From: Eubacteriales bacterium
GTDB lineage: Bacteria > Bacillota > Clostridia > Oscillospirales > CAG-272
Length of the DNA: 51,325 bases
Assembly (NCBI GenBank): GCA_045660125.1
Contig: JAZRDG010000097.1
Span: 1-51,325 of the forward strand
Direction of reading: 5' to 3'
The translations under genes and the position numbers were made by a program. The notes beneath the pieces were generated by a model, which saw nothing but the letters and a program-made list of their open reading frames with translations, was not told the DNA's origin and did no database searches. Shown one piece after another: positions 15,381-25,157 of this stretch. Position 1 is the stretch's first letter. Each line of letters begins with the position of its first letter.

Positions 15381-17777
15381 ATGTCCTTAAAAGAACTTTT
15401 ATCCGACAATATCATATGCATGGACGGCGGCATGGGCACGCTGCTGCAAGCCGCAGGGCTTGCGCCGGGTGAGCAGCCCGAGCGCTGGAATCTTTCGCGC
15501 CCCGAGGTGGTGCAAAACGTGCATCGCGCGTATCTTGAGGCAGGCAGCCGCATTATCAGCACCAACACCTTTGGCGCAAATCCGTGGCACTACACCCAGG
15601 ACGAGCTGCGCAAAATCATCCCCGCAGCCGTGCAAAACGTGCGTGCAGCCATTGCAGACGCAGGCGTGAGCGATGCTTACGTGGCGCTGGATATCGGCCC
15701 CTCGGGCAAGCTTTTGCGCCCTTACGGCGACCTTGATTTCGAGGACGCGGTGGCAGGCTTTGCAAAGATCGTGCGCATTGGTGCGGACGCAGGCGCGGAT
15801 CTTGTGCTGATTGAGACCATGAACGATTGCGCCGAGACCAAGGCGGCACTTCTGGCGGTCAAGGAGAACTGCTCCCTGCCCGTATTCGTTTCCAACGTAT
15901 ACGGTGCTGACGGCAAGCTGATGACGGGCGCTGAGCCCGAGGCAATGGTTGCCATGCTGGAGGGCATGGGCGCTGACGCCATCGGTGCCAACTGCTCGCT
16001 TGGCCCCCGACAGCTCATTGAGGTTGCAAAACGCCTGATCGATTGCGCATCCGTCCCCGTGCTGCTCATGCCCAACGCAGGGCTGCCCCGTACCGACGCA
16101 CAGGGCAACACGGTCTTTGACGTGGACGCGGACGGCTTTGCCGAGGTCATGGCACAGGCAGTAACCCTTGGCGTGCGTCTGCCCGGCGGCTGCTGCGGTA
16201 CAACGCCCGCACACATTGCAGCTACCGCTGCGCGCATCGGGCACTTCACTCCTTCCCCCATAGAAGAAAAGACCGACACGGTCGTGTCCTCCTATACGCA
16301 TGCCGTACGCTTTGGCAGCAAGCCCTTGCTGATTGGCGAGCGCATCAACCCCACGGGCAAGAAACGCTTCAAGCAAGCGCTGATGGAGGGCGACATGCCC
16401 TATATCTTGGAGCAAGGCTTGGCGCAAGCCGAGCAGGGCGTGCACCTACTCGACGTCAACGTGGGCATTCCCGAGATCGACGAGCCGAGCTTGCTGTGCC
16501 GCACGGTTTGCGAACTGCAAGCCGTGAGTGACCTGCCCTTGCAGATCGACACCGCTGACCCCGTAGCCATGGAGCGCGCGCTGCGCTCTTACGTGGGTAA
16601 AGCCATGATCAACTCGGTTTCCGGCAAGCAGGAGAGCATGGACGCGGTGTTCCCTTTGGTCAAAAAATACGGCGGCGTGGTGGTTGCCCTGACGCTGGAC
16701 GAGCGCGGCATTCCCGAGACCGCAGAAGGACGCATTGAAATTGCCGAGCGCATTTTGCAAGAGGCTGCACGCTACGGCATTGACAAAAAGGATATCGTAT
16801 TCGACACGCTGACCATGACAGTCAGCACCGACCCGCAAGCCGCCGTGCACACGCTGCGCGCGCTCAAATATATCCGCGAGCACGTGGGCTGCCATACCGT
16901 GCTGGGCGTTTCCAACGTATCGTTTGGGCTGCCCGAGCGAGAGGTGCTCAATAGCCATTTCTTCACGCTCGCCATGGAAAACGGGCTTTCCGCAGCCATT
17001 ATGAACCCGAATTCTGCCGCTATGCGCAACGCATACCTCTCCTTCCTTGCCCTGCACGGCTTGGATGCAGGCTGCGCGGACTACATCTCGCGCGTCACGC
17101 CCGTGGGCGCATCGGCAAACGCGCCGCAAGCGACGCAAAAGGACGCGCTGCCCCCCTTGCAGCACGCCATTCTCAAGGGGCTTGCCGAGGTAGCCGCACG
17201 CGAGACAGACGCGTTGCTTGCAACCCACGCGCCCTTGGATATCATCAATACCCACGTCATTCCCGTGCTGGACTTGGTAGGCGCACGCTTTGAAGCAAAG
17301 CAGCTTTACCTGCCCCAGCTGCTGCTTGCCGCAGAAGCTGCCAAGGCAGCCTTTGCACGCATCAAGGCGCAGGCAAGCGCGCAAAATGGCGAGGACGGCA
17401 CGCAGATGCCCTTTGTGCTTGCCACGGTGGAGGGCGACGTGCACGATATCGGCAAAAACATCGTCAAGCTACTCTTGGAAAACTACAATTTCAAGGTCAT
17501 TGACCTTGGTCGCAACGTGCCAGCCGAGGACATTGTGGCAGCAGTGCTTGCGCACAGCGCACCGCTTTGCGGTCTGAGCGCCCTGATGACCACCACCGTG
17601 CCTGCCATGGAGCGCACCATTGCGCTGCTTCGTGATCAAGCCCCCGATTGCCGCATCGTTGTGGGCGGTGCGGTGCTGACCGCGGACTATGCCGCACGCA
17701 TTGGCGCGGATCATTTCGGCAGCGATGCCATGGAAACCGTCAGATACGCGGAACGCGTACGAAAGGAGCTTGCATGA
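15381..17777 (+). CDS. metH: Methionine synthase, cobalamin-dependent short form (Hcy-binding, pterin-binding, B12-binding; no activation domain)
   Basis: Hcy S-methyltransferase N-terminus (MDGGMGTLL...GCCGTTP), a pterin-binding middle region and the B12 motif DVHDIGKN. SD GGAGG lies before the ATG at 15381. Confidence 0.9.
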   Translation: MSLKELLSDNIICMDGGMGTLLQAAGLAPGEQPERWNLSRPEVVQNVHRAYLEAGSRIISTNTFGANPWHYTQDELRKIIPAAVQNVRAAIADAGVSDAYVALDIGPSGKLLRPYGDLDFEDAVAGFAKIVRIGADAGADLVLIETMNDCAETKAALLAVKENCSLPVFVSNVYGADGKLMTGAEPEAMVAMLEGMGADAIGANCSLGPRQLIEVAKRLIDCASVPVLLMPNAGLPRTDAQGNTVFDVDADGFAEVMAQAVTLGVRLPGGCCGTTPAHIAATAARIGHFTPSPIEEKTDTVVSSYTHAVRFGSKPLLIGERINPTGKKRFKQALMEGDMPYILEQGLAQAEQGVHLLDVNVGIPEIDEPSLLCRTVCELQAVSDLPLQIDTADPVAMERALRSYVGKAMINSVSGKQESMDAVFPLVKKYGGVVVALTLDERGIPETAEGRIEIAERILQEAARYGIDKKDIVFDTLTMTVSTDPQAAVHTLRALKYIREHVGCHTVLGVSNVSFGLPEREVLNSHFFTLAMENGLSAAIMNPNSAAMRNAYLSFLALHGLDAGCADYISRVTPVGASANAPQATQKDALPPLQHAILKGLAEVAARETDALLATHAPLDIINTHVIPVLDLVGARFEAKQLYLPQLLLAAEAAKAAFARIKAQASAQNGEDGTQMPFVLATVEGDVHDIGKNIVKLLLENYNFKVIDLGRNVPAEDIVAAVLAHSAPLCGLSALMTTTVPAMERTIALLRDQAPDCRIVVGGAVLTADYAARIGADHFGSDAMETVRYAERVRKELA

Positions 17778-18250
17778 ATCTTTATATCAAACAAAAGATC
17801 TTTTCCTGGAACGATTCCTTCTCGGTTTACGATGCATACGAAAACGAGCTTTTTACCATCAAGGGCGCATTGTTCTCGTTTGGCAAAAAGCTGACCGTTT
17901 TTGACCAAAACGGAAATGAGCTTTACCGCATTGAGCAGGAGCTGTTCCGCTTCCGCCCGCGCTACCATATCGTCAAGGACGGCGAGATACAAGCCACGGT
18001 GGTCAAGGAATTTTCCATGTTCAAGCCGTATTACACGGTCGAGGGTCCCGGCTGGGAGGTACAGGGCGATTTCTTTGATCACGATTATGAGATCACCGAC
18101 GCAGGCCGCCTTGTCGCCTCGGTGCAAAAGCAATGGTTTACTTGGGGAGACACCTACGAGATCAGCGTGGATGACCGCGCGTACGATCCCGTCGCCGTGC
18201 TTGCCGTCGCCGTTATCATCGATTGCGTGCTGGACAGTCAGGATAATTAA
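17774..18250 (+). CDS. LURP-one-related (tubby C-terminal-like, DUF567) family protein
   Basis: The ATG overlaps the metH TGA (ATGA). The sequence MNLYIKQKIFSWNDSFSVYDAYENELFTIKG...FGKKLTVFD.NGNELYRIEQ...W.DTYEI is typical of LOR/DUF567 proteins. Confidence 0.75.
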   Translation: MNLYIKQKIFSWNDSFSVYDAYENELFTIKGALFSFGKKLTVFDQNGNELYRIEQELFRFRPRYHIVKDGEIQATVVKEFSMFKPYYTVEGPGWEVQGDFFDHDYEITDAGRLVASVQKQWFTWGDTYEISVDDRAYDPVAVLAVAVIIDCVLDSQDN

Positions 18251-18286
18251 AAAATGGCAGAGAACGATAGTTCTCTGCCATTTTTT
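18249..18286. terminator. Bidirectional rho-independent terminator
   Basis: A6, stem TGGCAGAGAAC/GTTCTCTGCCA with loop GATA, then T6. Lies between convergent genes. Confidence 0.85.
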
Positions 18287-18337
18287 GTGGTGCGCGGAGC
18301 GGTGTAAAGTCCTTATCAAGCTTGACTTTATCTAATG

Positions 18338-19615
18338 CTACTTGCTCTCTAACTCATATAGCAATGCTTCAAATCTTAAGGCTTCATCCTGATTCATTTT
18401 ATACCAAATACCGCCCTCAAGTCGAACAAACATATTCGCATAATGATAAACAGTTTCACTTGTTCCGTTGTCATATGCGATTGTGATCTCCCATGACATG
18501 CCTGCATATTCCTTTGGGTTTTCATCAAAATCAGTAATCAAGTTCAAATTCACAAAATAATCCACCACCTCTTCGGCAGCCTCACCATCAAATGAATAGT
18601 GATATCCCTCGGGAACAGACGAAATGCTGACGGAAGAAACAGCTTCACGGGCAAGCAGATCGAACGAGGGGGCGGGACGCGGCGTTTCGGTCACTTCCCC
18701 TACACCGCTCTTGATCTCATCATTTTCCGTACCGTAATCCACGTGATGCATATTGATCTCGGCAAGCGCGATCAGCCAATTCAGATCTTGTTCGGATATC
18801 GGAAAGACAATTTCGTTTCTCAAGCACAAGTGTTGGTTAAAGGGATCAAGCGTGAACTCAATGGACGTATTATTTTTGAATTTCACGGTTACCTTTCGCA
18901 CGACTTGCGCTGTCAGCGGAAGTGTGCCATTCAAATATGCATCACTTTGCTTATGCACATACTGATATTCGGACGGTTGGTACTCCTCTCCTTCCAAAGC
19001 GCATGCTTGATCAAAAAAGTGCGTGATATTTGCACGGTCGTCCACAAGCACGCTTTGAACTTTTATTTCGCGATCGTTTTTATATGAGTACTCTTTTTCA
19101 AACTTGACGCTCCTTACGTCATCAGCAGAGGTCACGTTGTAAACCGTTTCGAGCAGAAATCCCAATGAAAAAGGCTCTGCTTGATCGTTGTTATAATAGT
19201 TCAACGCTTTAAATCTGAATAATTGTGCCTCCCCGTCGACAGGTACGACGATCAGTTCTGCGATATCGTCGTGTCCTTTGAGTTTGTAGAACTTCTGCGT
19301 TTCTGTTTCAAGATACAAGTCACCGATCTTGCCCTCGAGTGTCAGCCTTTCATAATTGCTCATTTCATTCACTCTGACATAAGATGCATAATATCTTTCA
19401 TTCAGTCTAATCAGCGTTGTGATTTCAACCTGCTCGTATGCGCCTTCGTCCGGTGCAATCAGCCACAGCGAAGCACTCACGAGCAAAACAAAGCACGCCG
19501 CAACCGATACCCACTTGATCCAAGCGTTCCTTTTCACCTTTTCGGCAGGTGCAGCCGCTTCGATCATTTTCGGATCTATATAGCAAAATTCTCTGTAAAA
19601 CTCTTTGCTTGTCAT
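18338..19615 (-). CDS. Membrane-anchored anti-sigma-like protein (cytoplasmic N-terminus, one TM, about 370-aa ectodomain)
   Basis: The start overlaps the sigma stop (ATGA). N-terminus FCYIDPKMIEAAAP...KRNAWIKW, then TM VSVAACFVLLVSASLWLIA. No recognisable catalytic motif. Confidence 0.65.
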   Translation of the reverse strand: MTSKEFYREFCYIDPKMIEAAAPAEKVKRNAWIKWVSVAACFVLLVSASLWLIAPDEGAYEQVEITTLIRLNERYYASYVRVNEMSNYERLTLEGKIGDLYLETETQKFYKLKGHDDIAELIVVPVDGEAQLFRFKALNYYNNDQAEPFSLGFLLETVYNVTSADDVRSVKFEKEYSYKNDREIKVQSVLVDDRANITHFFDQACALEGEEYQPSEYQYVHKQSDAYLNGTLPLTAQVVRKVTVKFKNNTSIEFTLDPFNQHLCLRNEIVFPISEQDLNWLIALAEINMHHVDYGTENDEIKSGVGEVTETPRPAPSFDLLAREAVSSVSISSVPEGYHYSFDGEAAEEVVDYFVNLNLITDFDENPKEYAGMSWEITIAYDNGTSETVYHYANMFVRLEGGIWYKMNQDEALRFEALLYELESK

Positions 19616-20166
19616 ACATCAAAGCCCTCCTTTTGCAAATGCGTTTTCAGCTTTTTGCGAGTGCGAAGCAAAAGCATGGCAACTGCACTTTCTTTCATGG
19701 CATACTCATGGGCAATTCCCTCAATCGAGCTTGCATACCAATATCTGCGAATAAAGACATTGCGCGTTTTGGTCGGCAACCCTTGCAAAAAGGTATTGAG
19801 TGAATCGTGCAAAGCTGCCCCGGCTGCCACATCCCATCCGTCGTTTTCCCCCGGCAAGCATTCAGTCAATTCATCCAGCACTAACGGCACCTGCCCTCTT
19901 TTTTTCGTATGCTGTTTTTCGTACAAGTTAAACGCCAACTGCCGACAGATCATGCCCACGTACGGCTTCAAGGACTCGGGGCGCTTTGGCGGTATCGTTT
20001 GCCACGTTTTCAGATACGTGTCATTCACGATCTCCTTTGCGTCCTCATCATTCTCAAGGATCTGAGCGGCGATGTATTGGCAGTATCTGCCGTACTTTTT
20101 CTCGGTCTCTGCGATAGCAGATTCGGAACGTTCCCAATACAGCTCCACTATTTGCTTATCTTCCAT
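19612..20166 (-). CDS. RNA polymerase sigma-70 family, group 4 (ECF-like) sigma factor
   Basis: Region 2 (DAKEIVNDTYLKTWQTIPP) and region 4 (SIEGIAHEYAMKESAVAMLLLRTRKKLK). SD GGAGTG. 184 aa. Confidence 0.85.
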   Translation of the reverse strand: MEDKQIVELYWERSESAIAETEKKYGRYCQYIAAQILENDEDAKEIVNDTYLKTWQTIPPKRPESLKPYVGMICRQLAFNLYEKQHTKKRGQVPLVLDELTECLPGENDGWDVAAGAALHDSLNTFLQGLPTKTRNVFIRRYWYASSIEGIAHEYAMKESAVAMLLLRTRKKLKTHLQKEGFDV

Positions 20167-20296
20167 ACTTCACACTCCTTTCGTGTGTTCTAAAGCGCTT
20201 CAACAACTATAACAGGAAACTGGGCAGTTGCATCACACATTCAGGAAAACTTTTTTATATGATAGCATATTTTTTCAAACATGTTGTGAACGAACA

Positions 20297-20328
20297 AAGA
20301 AGGATTGCCACATGGGGCAACCCTTCTT
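20297..20328 (-). terminator. Hairpin abutting the stop of the 159-aa membrane protein gene
   Basis: 13-bp stem AAGAAGGATTGCC/GGCAACCCTTCTT with one mismatch and a 6-nt loop. The T-run on the minus strand is weak. Confidence 0.4.
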
Positions 20329-20329
20329 T

Positions 20330-20809
20330 TTATGCATTCCAATAATTCTCCTTGATCATCTCTGCCACCTCGGGTGCATCAGGCAGGACAAGGTGGTATT
20401 CCTTGCCGTCCTTGGTGTACAGGCGCAGGTGTATTTCGTCCTGCTCGTATCTTGCAAGCTGATCCGCAGAGATGTGCTGCACGGCATAGGGGGTGCGCTC
20501 GATCGTGGCGAACACGATGCTCTCGCGGCACAAATACACCTTGCCGTGTACAACGCTGCCGCCCAGATTGAAGTTGGCAATGGTCTGATGGATCACGGGG
20601 CTTTGCAGCGTGCGCTCGATCTTGGCATACTGCTTGTTCAGGCGCACCTCGGAAATACACAGCACCACGTGCAACGCCATTGCGAACACCGCCATGGTCA
20701 AAAGCGCCACGGGCAGCGCAATCTCGGGGGCGACAAACAGCAAAATCAGCAAGGTCACCGCGCCAAACATTGCGCCTGCGATCAGCGAAAGAAAAATTTT
20801 ACCCTTCAT
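20330..20809 (-). CDS. Small membrane protein (two TMs plus a soluble C-terminal domain, possibly PH/GRAM-like)
   Basis: Two hydrophobic helices (FLSLIAGAMFGAVTLLILLFV, LPVALLTMAVFAMALHVVL), then about 95 aa of soluble sequence. Overlaps the PAP2 gene end by 11 nt. Confidence 0.65.
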   Translation of the reverse strand: MKGKIFLSLIAGAMFGAVTLLILLFVAPEIALPVALLTMAVFAMALHVVLCISEVRLNKQYAKIERTLQSPVIHQTIANFNLGGSVVHGKVYLCRESIVFATIERTPYAVQHISADQLARYEQDEIHLRLYTKDGKEYHLVLPDAPEVAEMIKENYWNA

Positions 20810-21488
20810 TCATCTTCCCTTTCTGCGCAAGCAAGGCGCAAACGCTCAAATATGCAAAGGTAATGACAAGCCCAAGCAGCACGCCGCCCACGATATCGGT
20901 TAGCCAATGCACGCCGCTTGACAGGCGCAAGGACACCGTGACGCATGCAAGACCGATCAGACAGCTACCGAGCGAGCCGTGCCAGATTTTGGGCTTCAGA
21001 TATTTGAACAAATACGCAGCGCCCATGCCTTCCACCGAGACAGCCAGCATGGCGTGGCTGGACGGATAGGACGCGGCAAGCGCACCGTCCTCCAGCACGG
21101 GACGGCAATTGATGACCACAACCTCAAAAAACAGATACGCCGCCGCCAGCAGCACGTATCCCCCTGCCATGACGTACAGCTCCCTGTCCGCGCGCAAGAT
21201 CCCCTTGCGGCGAATGACCTGCACAAGCCCCGTGACGCCAAACGCGCCCACGGCAGCGATCAACAAAGCACCGCACAGATCCGAAAGCTTCAAGCTAATG
21301 TCAGCCGCAGCATCTCCATGCTGCCCAAGCGCCTCAAACACCGCTTCATTGAGCGTGGCAAAGCCAACCTCTGCCCCACTCTCTCCCGCCGCGCGCACGT
21401 CCACGCAGGTCAAGGCAACGGTCAAAACCACAAAAGCAATCAGCAGCACGCACGTCACCGTACTATATATCCAAACTCGTTTGTTCAT
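20799..21488 (-). CDS. PAP2-family membrane phosphatase
   Basis: PAP2 motifs PSSHAM and SGVHWLTDIVGG. Multiple TMs. SD AGGAGG. Confidence 0.85.
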   Translation of the reverse strand: MNKRVWIYSTVTCVLLIAFVVLTVALTCVDVRAAGESGAEVGFATLNEAVFEALGQHGDAAADISLKLSDLCGALLIAAVGAFGVTGLVQVIRRKGILRADRELYVMAGGYVLLAAAYLFFEVVVINCRPVLEDGALAASYPSSHAMLAVSVEGMGAAYLFKYLKPKIWHGSLGSCLIGLACVTVSLRLSSGVHWLTDIVGGVLLGLVITFAYLSVCALLAQKGKMNEG

Positions 21489-21517
21489 GAAAACCTCCTA
21501 ACGTTATCCTCGGGATC

Positions 21518-21546
21518 ATTATAGCATAACCAAGGCGAAAATGCAA
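21518..21546 (-). promoter_or_regulatory. SigmaA-type promoter (extended -10) for the PAP2 operon
   Basis: On the minus strand: TTGCAT, 17-nt spacer, TGcTATAAT. Confidence 0.65.
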
Positions 21547-21568
21547 GGAAAATCCACCAACGGTAGAG

Positions 21569-21599
21569 AAAAAGGAGCTGCTTTACAGCAGCCCCTTTT
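21569..21599 (-). terminator. Rho-independent terminator after the 728-aa glycosidase gene
   Basis: On the minus strand: GGGGCTGC, loop, GCAGCTCC, then T5. Confidence 0.7.
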
Positions 21600-21613
21600 G
21601 ATATAAATTCAGA

Positions 21614-23800
21614 TTAGTCCTTCTTCTTTACCACGCATGCAACTGCCAGCATAGCAACAAGTGCAAATGCACCGCCGATCACGCTGCCGCAGCCCTTCTT
21701 CTCGGTTGCGGGCTCGGTCTCGGTTTCGGGAGCAGTGGTTGCTTCGGTCTCGGGAGCCACGGTGGTCTCGGGCTCGGTGACCTCCTCGGTGGTCTCCTCG
21801 GTCGATTCAACGGGAGCAGGAACCGCAAGGTTCTCAATGGTCAAGAAGTGCAGCGCCTTATCGTCCGCGCCGGGCGTGACGGCAAAGTGCACGCTCACGG
21901 TCTGACCCTGATACTGGCTCAGATCCACGCCAACGTTCTCAAACACGGCGTGACCTGCGGAAGCGGTCTTGATCCAACCGTTTGCCATAACCTGCTGCAC
22001 AAGATCGTCAGACGCATCTGCATACGTGCCGCCCTGTACCTCGAACCAGGTTTCCTTATCAAGAGAGTAAAGAATCTTCTTCTGCGAGCCGTTTGCAAAC
22101 GCATAGCCGCTGATGGTGAGCAGATAATCCTCGCCAAGCGTCAAGGTGCTGCCGTCCAGCGTTGCGGGCTGACGTGCCTCCGCTTCCTTCTGCTCGCCCG
22201 ACCAATCGGAGCTGTATGCAGGATTTCTCATACCCACAAGATCGGTATAAGGCTCATCGGTGCCGTTTACGCCCTTGCCGTTGATATAGGATACGTCACC
22301 TACGTAGTAGTAGGAATAAGAGGGCGCGCCCTGAATGTGCGGAGCGTTGGGATCGGGTGCTACGGGCTCACCGAAGGTGGACTCAAGACCCAGACCGTCC
22401 AAGAACTTAATGCCGTAAGTATCGCAGTTGGTGGGGTTGGCATCCGCGCCCTTATAGACCAGTGCCAGACCGCTGATGACGCTGCGCACGCTGTTCTCAC
22501 CGTCGGATACAGCGCATCTTCTGACGTAATTGTCGCCCTCAAGCGTTACAAACTGCGTAGATCCGCCGCCGTCAAACATGATAGCGGTATAGCAGCCAAG
22601 CTCAACTGCAAGCTCCTGCATGTTCTTCATCTGGCATGCTGCGCGAGAGCCGTCTGCCTGCGTGGTGGTGGAGATCATCAGAACCTTACCGTCCTGCTTG
22701 ATACCTACGATGGTGCAGGGATAGTTGGTGGTCAGCTCCTGACCTCTGTGCTTGCCCTTCTCAACCAGGGTGTAGAAGCCGCCCGTAGCCTCAACTACGT
22801 CACTCCACTCAGCCTTGTCGGTCAGATACAGCTTATCCATCTTGACAGAGCAGGTAAAGGACACGGTATCGCCTACCGCATAGTTGCCCTTCTGCGCGTC
22901 GATTGCCTTACCTCTTGCGGAAATAACGACCGTCTTTTCGGTAATAGCGGGACGGGCGTTCTTATCGCCGCTTTGAATGACGTGCGTGACCTTACCGCTG
23001 ATGGTCTTGCCATAGCCGAACGCAGAGCTGTCGCACTCTACGTAGATCTCGTACGCATCCTCATACGCCATGGACTCGGTGCCGCAGCGCTGGTTGTACA
23101 GAATGGTGGAATTGGGCGCAGGCAGACGGTTGATGCCCGCTGCACTCATGGTCTTGGACTTAGTCACGTTCTCAATGCTGATCGCGGTATAGGGAGAACC
23201 GATGATGGCAGTGCCGTCCTTCTTAACGGCAAAAATGGGCTGATTTGCAGCGCCCGTGCCGCGTTCTGCGTTGTCGTCCTTGGCAAGATAGTTCTCGTCG
23301 CCGATCTGCTCGGTTGCCCAGATCTCACCGTTCTTGATCATCAAGCCTCTGGAAACGGAAACGTGCTTGACCGCAGGGCCGGTTGCAGCCTTGCCGTCAC
23401 CGTCGTAGTCGGTGTGGTATACGATCCAGGGGTCGCCGTTCATGGCAGCAATGACCGTTCCCTCACCCGTCTGGTTGTACGCAACAGCCGCGTTACCCAT
23501 GGTGTCCTTGGACCAGGTGTAGTCGCCGCAGTTGAGCACCTTGAATGCAACGTTGGTGTTTTTTGGGTTGACCTCAATGACGTTGAGCAAGCCCGCAGTG
23601 CTGTTTGCATACACACTGCCCGAGGTCAGCGAATACTGGGTCAAGGAAATGCCGGTGTTCTTGCCGTTGACCACAATGGTCTCGGATGCCTTCTTGTCCA
23701 TGCCGGTAGGCTCGCCTGCTGCCAGGACAGCAAAGCTAAGCACCGACGCCAGCATCAGCGCACACAAAGCAATGGAAGTAATTTTCTTCATCAATTTCAT
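21614..23800 (-). CDS. Secreted phosphodiester glycosidase (NAGPA/DUF2233-like) family protein with C-terminal TM anchor
   Basis: Signal peptide MKLMKKITSIALCALMLASVLSFAVLA. Motifs AAMNGDPW and AIMFDGGGSTQF. C-terminal Thr/Glu/Pro linker, KKGCGS, a TM, then KKKD. Confidence 0.8.
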   Translation of the reverse strand: MKLMKKITSIALCALMLASVLSFAVLAAGEPTGMDKKASETIVVNGKNTGISLTQYSLTSGSVYANSTAGLLNVIEVNPKNTNVAFKVLNCGDYTWSKDTMGNAAVAYNQTGEGTVIAAMNGDPWIVYHTDYDGDGKAATGPAVKHVSVSRGLMIKNGEIWATEQIGDENYLAKDDNAERGTGAANQPIFAVKKDGTAIIGSPYTAISIENVTKSKTMSAAGINRLPAPNSTILYNQRCGTESMAYEDAYEIYVECDSSAFGYGKTISGKVTHVIQSGDKNARPAITEKTVVISARGKAIDAQKGNYAVGDTVSFTCSVKMDKLYLTDKAEWSDVVEATGGFYTLVEKGKHRGQELTTNYPCTIVGIKQDGKVLMISTTTQADGSRAACQMKNMQELAVELGCYTAIMFDGGGSTQFVTLEGDNYVRRCAVSDGENSVRSVISGLALVYKGADANPTNCDTYGIKFLDGLGLESTFGEPVAPDPNAPHIQGAPSYSYYYVGDVSYINGKGVNGTDEPYTDLVGMRNPAYSSDWSGEQKEAEARQPATLDGSTLTLGEDYLLTISGYAFANGSQKKILYSLDKETWFEVQGGTYADASDDLVQQVMANGWIKTASAGHAVFENVGVDLSQYQGQTVSVHFAVTPGADDKALHFLTIENLAVPAPVESTEETTEEVTEPETTVAPETEATTAPETETEPATEKKGCGSVIGGAFALVAMLAVACVVKKKD

Positions 23801-23833
23801 AAAAGCCGTTCCTTTCGAAATTAGGTTGCATTC

Positions 23834-23862
23834 ATTATAGCATACCGCGCAAGCATTTGCAA
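23834..23862 (-). promoter_or_regulatory. SigmaA-type promoter (extended -10) for the glycosidase gene
   Basis: On the minus strand: TTGCAA, 17-nt spacer, TGcTATAAT. Confidence 0.65.
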
Positions 23863-23890
23863 GTGGATTTCGTATAATTTACAAGCAAAA

Positions 23891-23924
23891 AGCCGCAAAA
23901 CAGCCGCGGCGAAAGCCGCGGCTG
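23891..23924 (-). terminator. GC-rich GAAA-loop hairpin terminator (family copy 1 of 4)
   Basis: CAGCCGCGGC gaaa GCCGCGGCTG (23901-23924), followed on the minus strand by TTTTGCGGCTTTTTGC. Downstream of lipoprotein a. Confidence 0.7.
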
Positions 23925-24001
23925 CAATGGTTATGACTGTTGCCCGAAAACGTACAGGCAATCATTCTCCGGGATGGGATTTGCGGGCTTTGTATTCGGC
24001 A

Positions 24002-25126
24002 TCATTCGTAAGGATTGAATTTGATCAACTTATATTCATCGGTTACCACGTTGACGAGGAGCATATCAGTAAGGCCAAGGGCTGCCCCTCCCCACGAATC
24101 CTCATCCGGGTAGTAATTCATGGAGATGATCCCGACCCAATCACCACATGCTATGGAGGGCATGTTTCCATAGTAAAAATCTTCCACGTGGCATAACAGA
24201 TGGTTATCAGTTCCATCGGAGTTCACAATATAAACGTTTCCGCCAAATTCATCTTTGATGGTTGCACCGGCTTCCGTTTTGATATACCTTGGCTCATCCA
24301 ATTTCTTGTGGTAAAGGATCTTGTCTGCATAAAAGTAACAGCGTTCAACGTTCTGTGCGATCAGGATTTTTTCACCGGTGGAACGATTTGTTCTGTACAG
24401 ACAGGCCATACCGCCACCGGGCGCCAGTTGCCATGAGTAAACGTAATTCCCCCATTCACGTTGCAATATTGGGGAATAGTCGCGCTCATCTTCTCCGCTT
24501 AAATCTGTAGAGAAATATTCATCTCCGTGCTCCCAAATAATTCTGCCCGCTTCGATTTTGTCAATGGTCGCATACGGGTAATCGCAATCGATCACGTCGG
24601 TCTTTCCGCTCTGCGTATCCCATCTGTAAATGACAGCACCGATGATATTTCCGTCCGTTACCTCCAACTCGGAATAATAGAGATAGTAGTTATAGGAAAA
24701 AAGACGGCTCAAAACACCGTTTGAGGTGCGTAGCTCCTTGATCTCCATGCTGTCACCGTCATAGGAACGCAGACTGTATTGGCCGTCTATCTCCGTAACA
24801 TAGTACAAGATATTGCCTATTGCTGCATACCTAAATTCCGGCACTTTGAACTGACAATTTAAACTATGCTCACAAAACGGATCCTGGCAGACCCAGGTTG
24901 CCGTGCCCGACGGAATATGGTATTTGATCAATTTGGAGTTTGTCGACGCGTAAATGTAGTCTCCGCCGATATTTCCGGTTTCCATTTCACCGTATTCCGG
25001 CTCGCTTGACGTAGTTGTTTCGGACGGCTGCTTCGGAGGCTTCATGGGTCTGTCCGGCTGCTTTTCGCAGGAGCAAGCGAAAATCGCCAGCAAGGCAAGG
25101 ATCATGATGAAAAATCTGCGTTTCAT
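24002..25126 (-). CDS. Lipoprotein, beta-propeller-like (DUF5050-like) paralog a
   Basis: Lipobox signal MKRRFFIMILALLAIFAC|SC. SD GAAGGTG before the ATG at 25126. Conserved KYHIPSGTATWVCQDPFCEH and YNYYLYYSE motifs shared by paralogs a-f. Confidence 0.85.
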   Translation of the reverse strand: MKRRFFIMILALLAIFACSCEKQPDRPMKPPKQPSETTTSSEPEYGEMETGNIGGDYIYASTNSKLIKYHIPSGTATWVCQDPFCEHSLNCQFKVPEFRYAAIGNILYYVTEIDGQYSLRSYDGDSMEIKELRTSNGVLSRLFSYNYYLYYSELEVTDGNIIGAVIYRWDTQSGKTDVIDCDYPYATIDKIEAGRIIWEHGDEYFSTDLSGEDERDYSPILQREWGNYVYSWQLAPGGGMACLYRTNRSTGEKILIAQNVERCYFYADKILYHKKLDEPRYIKTEAGATIKDEFGGNVYIVNSDGTDNHLLCHVEDFYYGNMPSIACGDWVGIISMNYYPDEDSWGGAALGLTDMLLVNVVTDEYKLIKFNPYE

Positions 25127-25157
25127 AAAAGCACCTTCTTTCAAATTCGGGGTTTTA

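Noticed and set aside
14496-17444. Minus-strand ORFs of 293, 348 and 332 aa opposite metF and metH.
   Set aside because: They are antisense to unmistakable metF/metH coding sequence, and their composition is typical of shadow frames.
21848-23824. 658-aa plus-strand ORF opposite the phosphodiester glycosidase gene.
   Set aside because: It is an antisense shadow ORF with no SD. The minus-strand gene has a signal peptide, family motifs, a promoter and a terminator.
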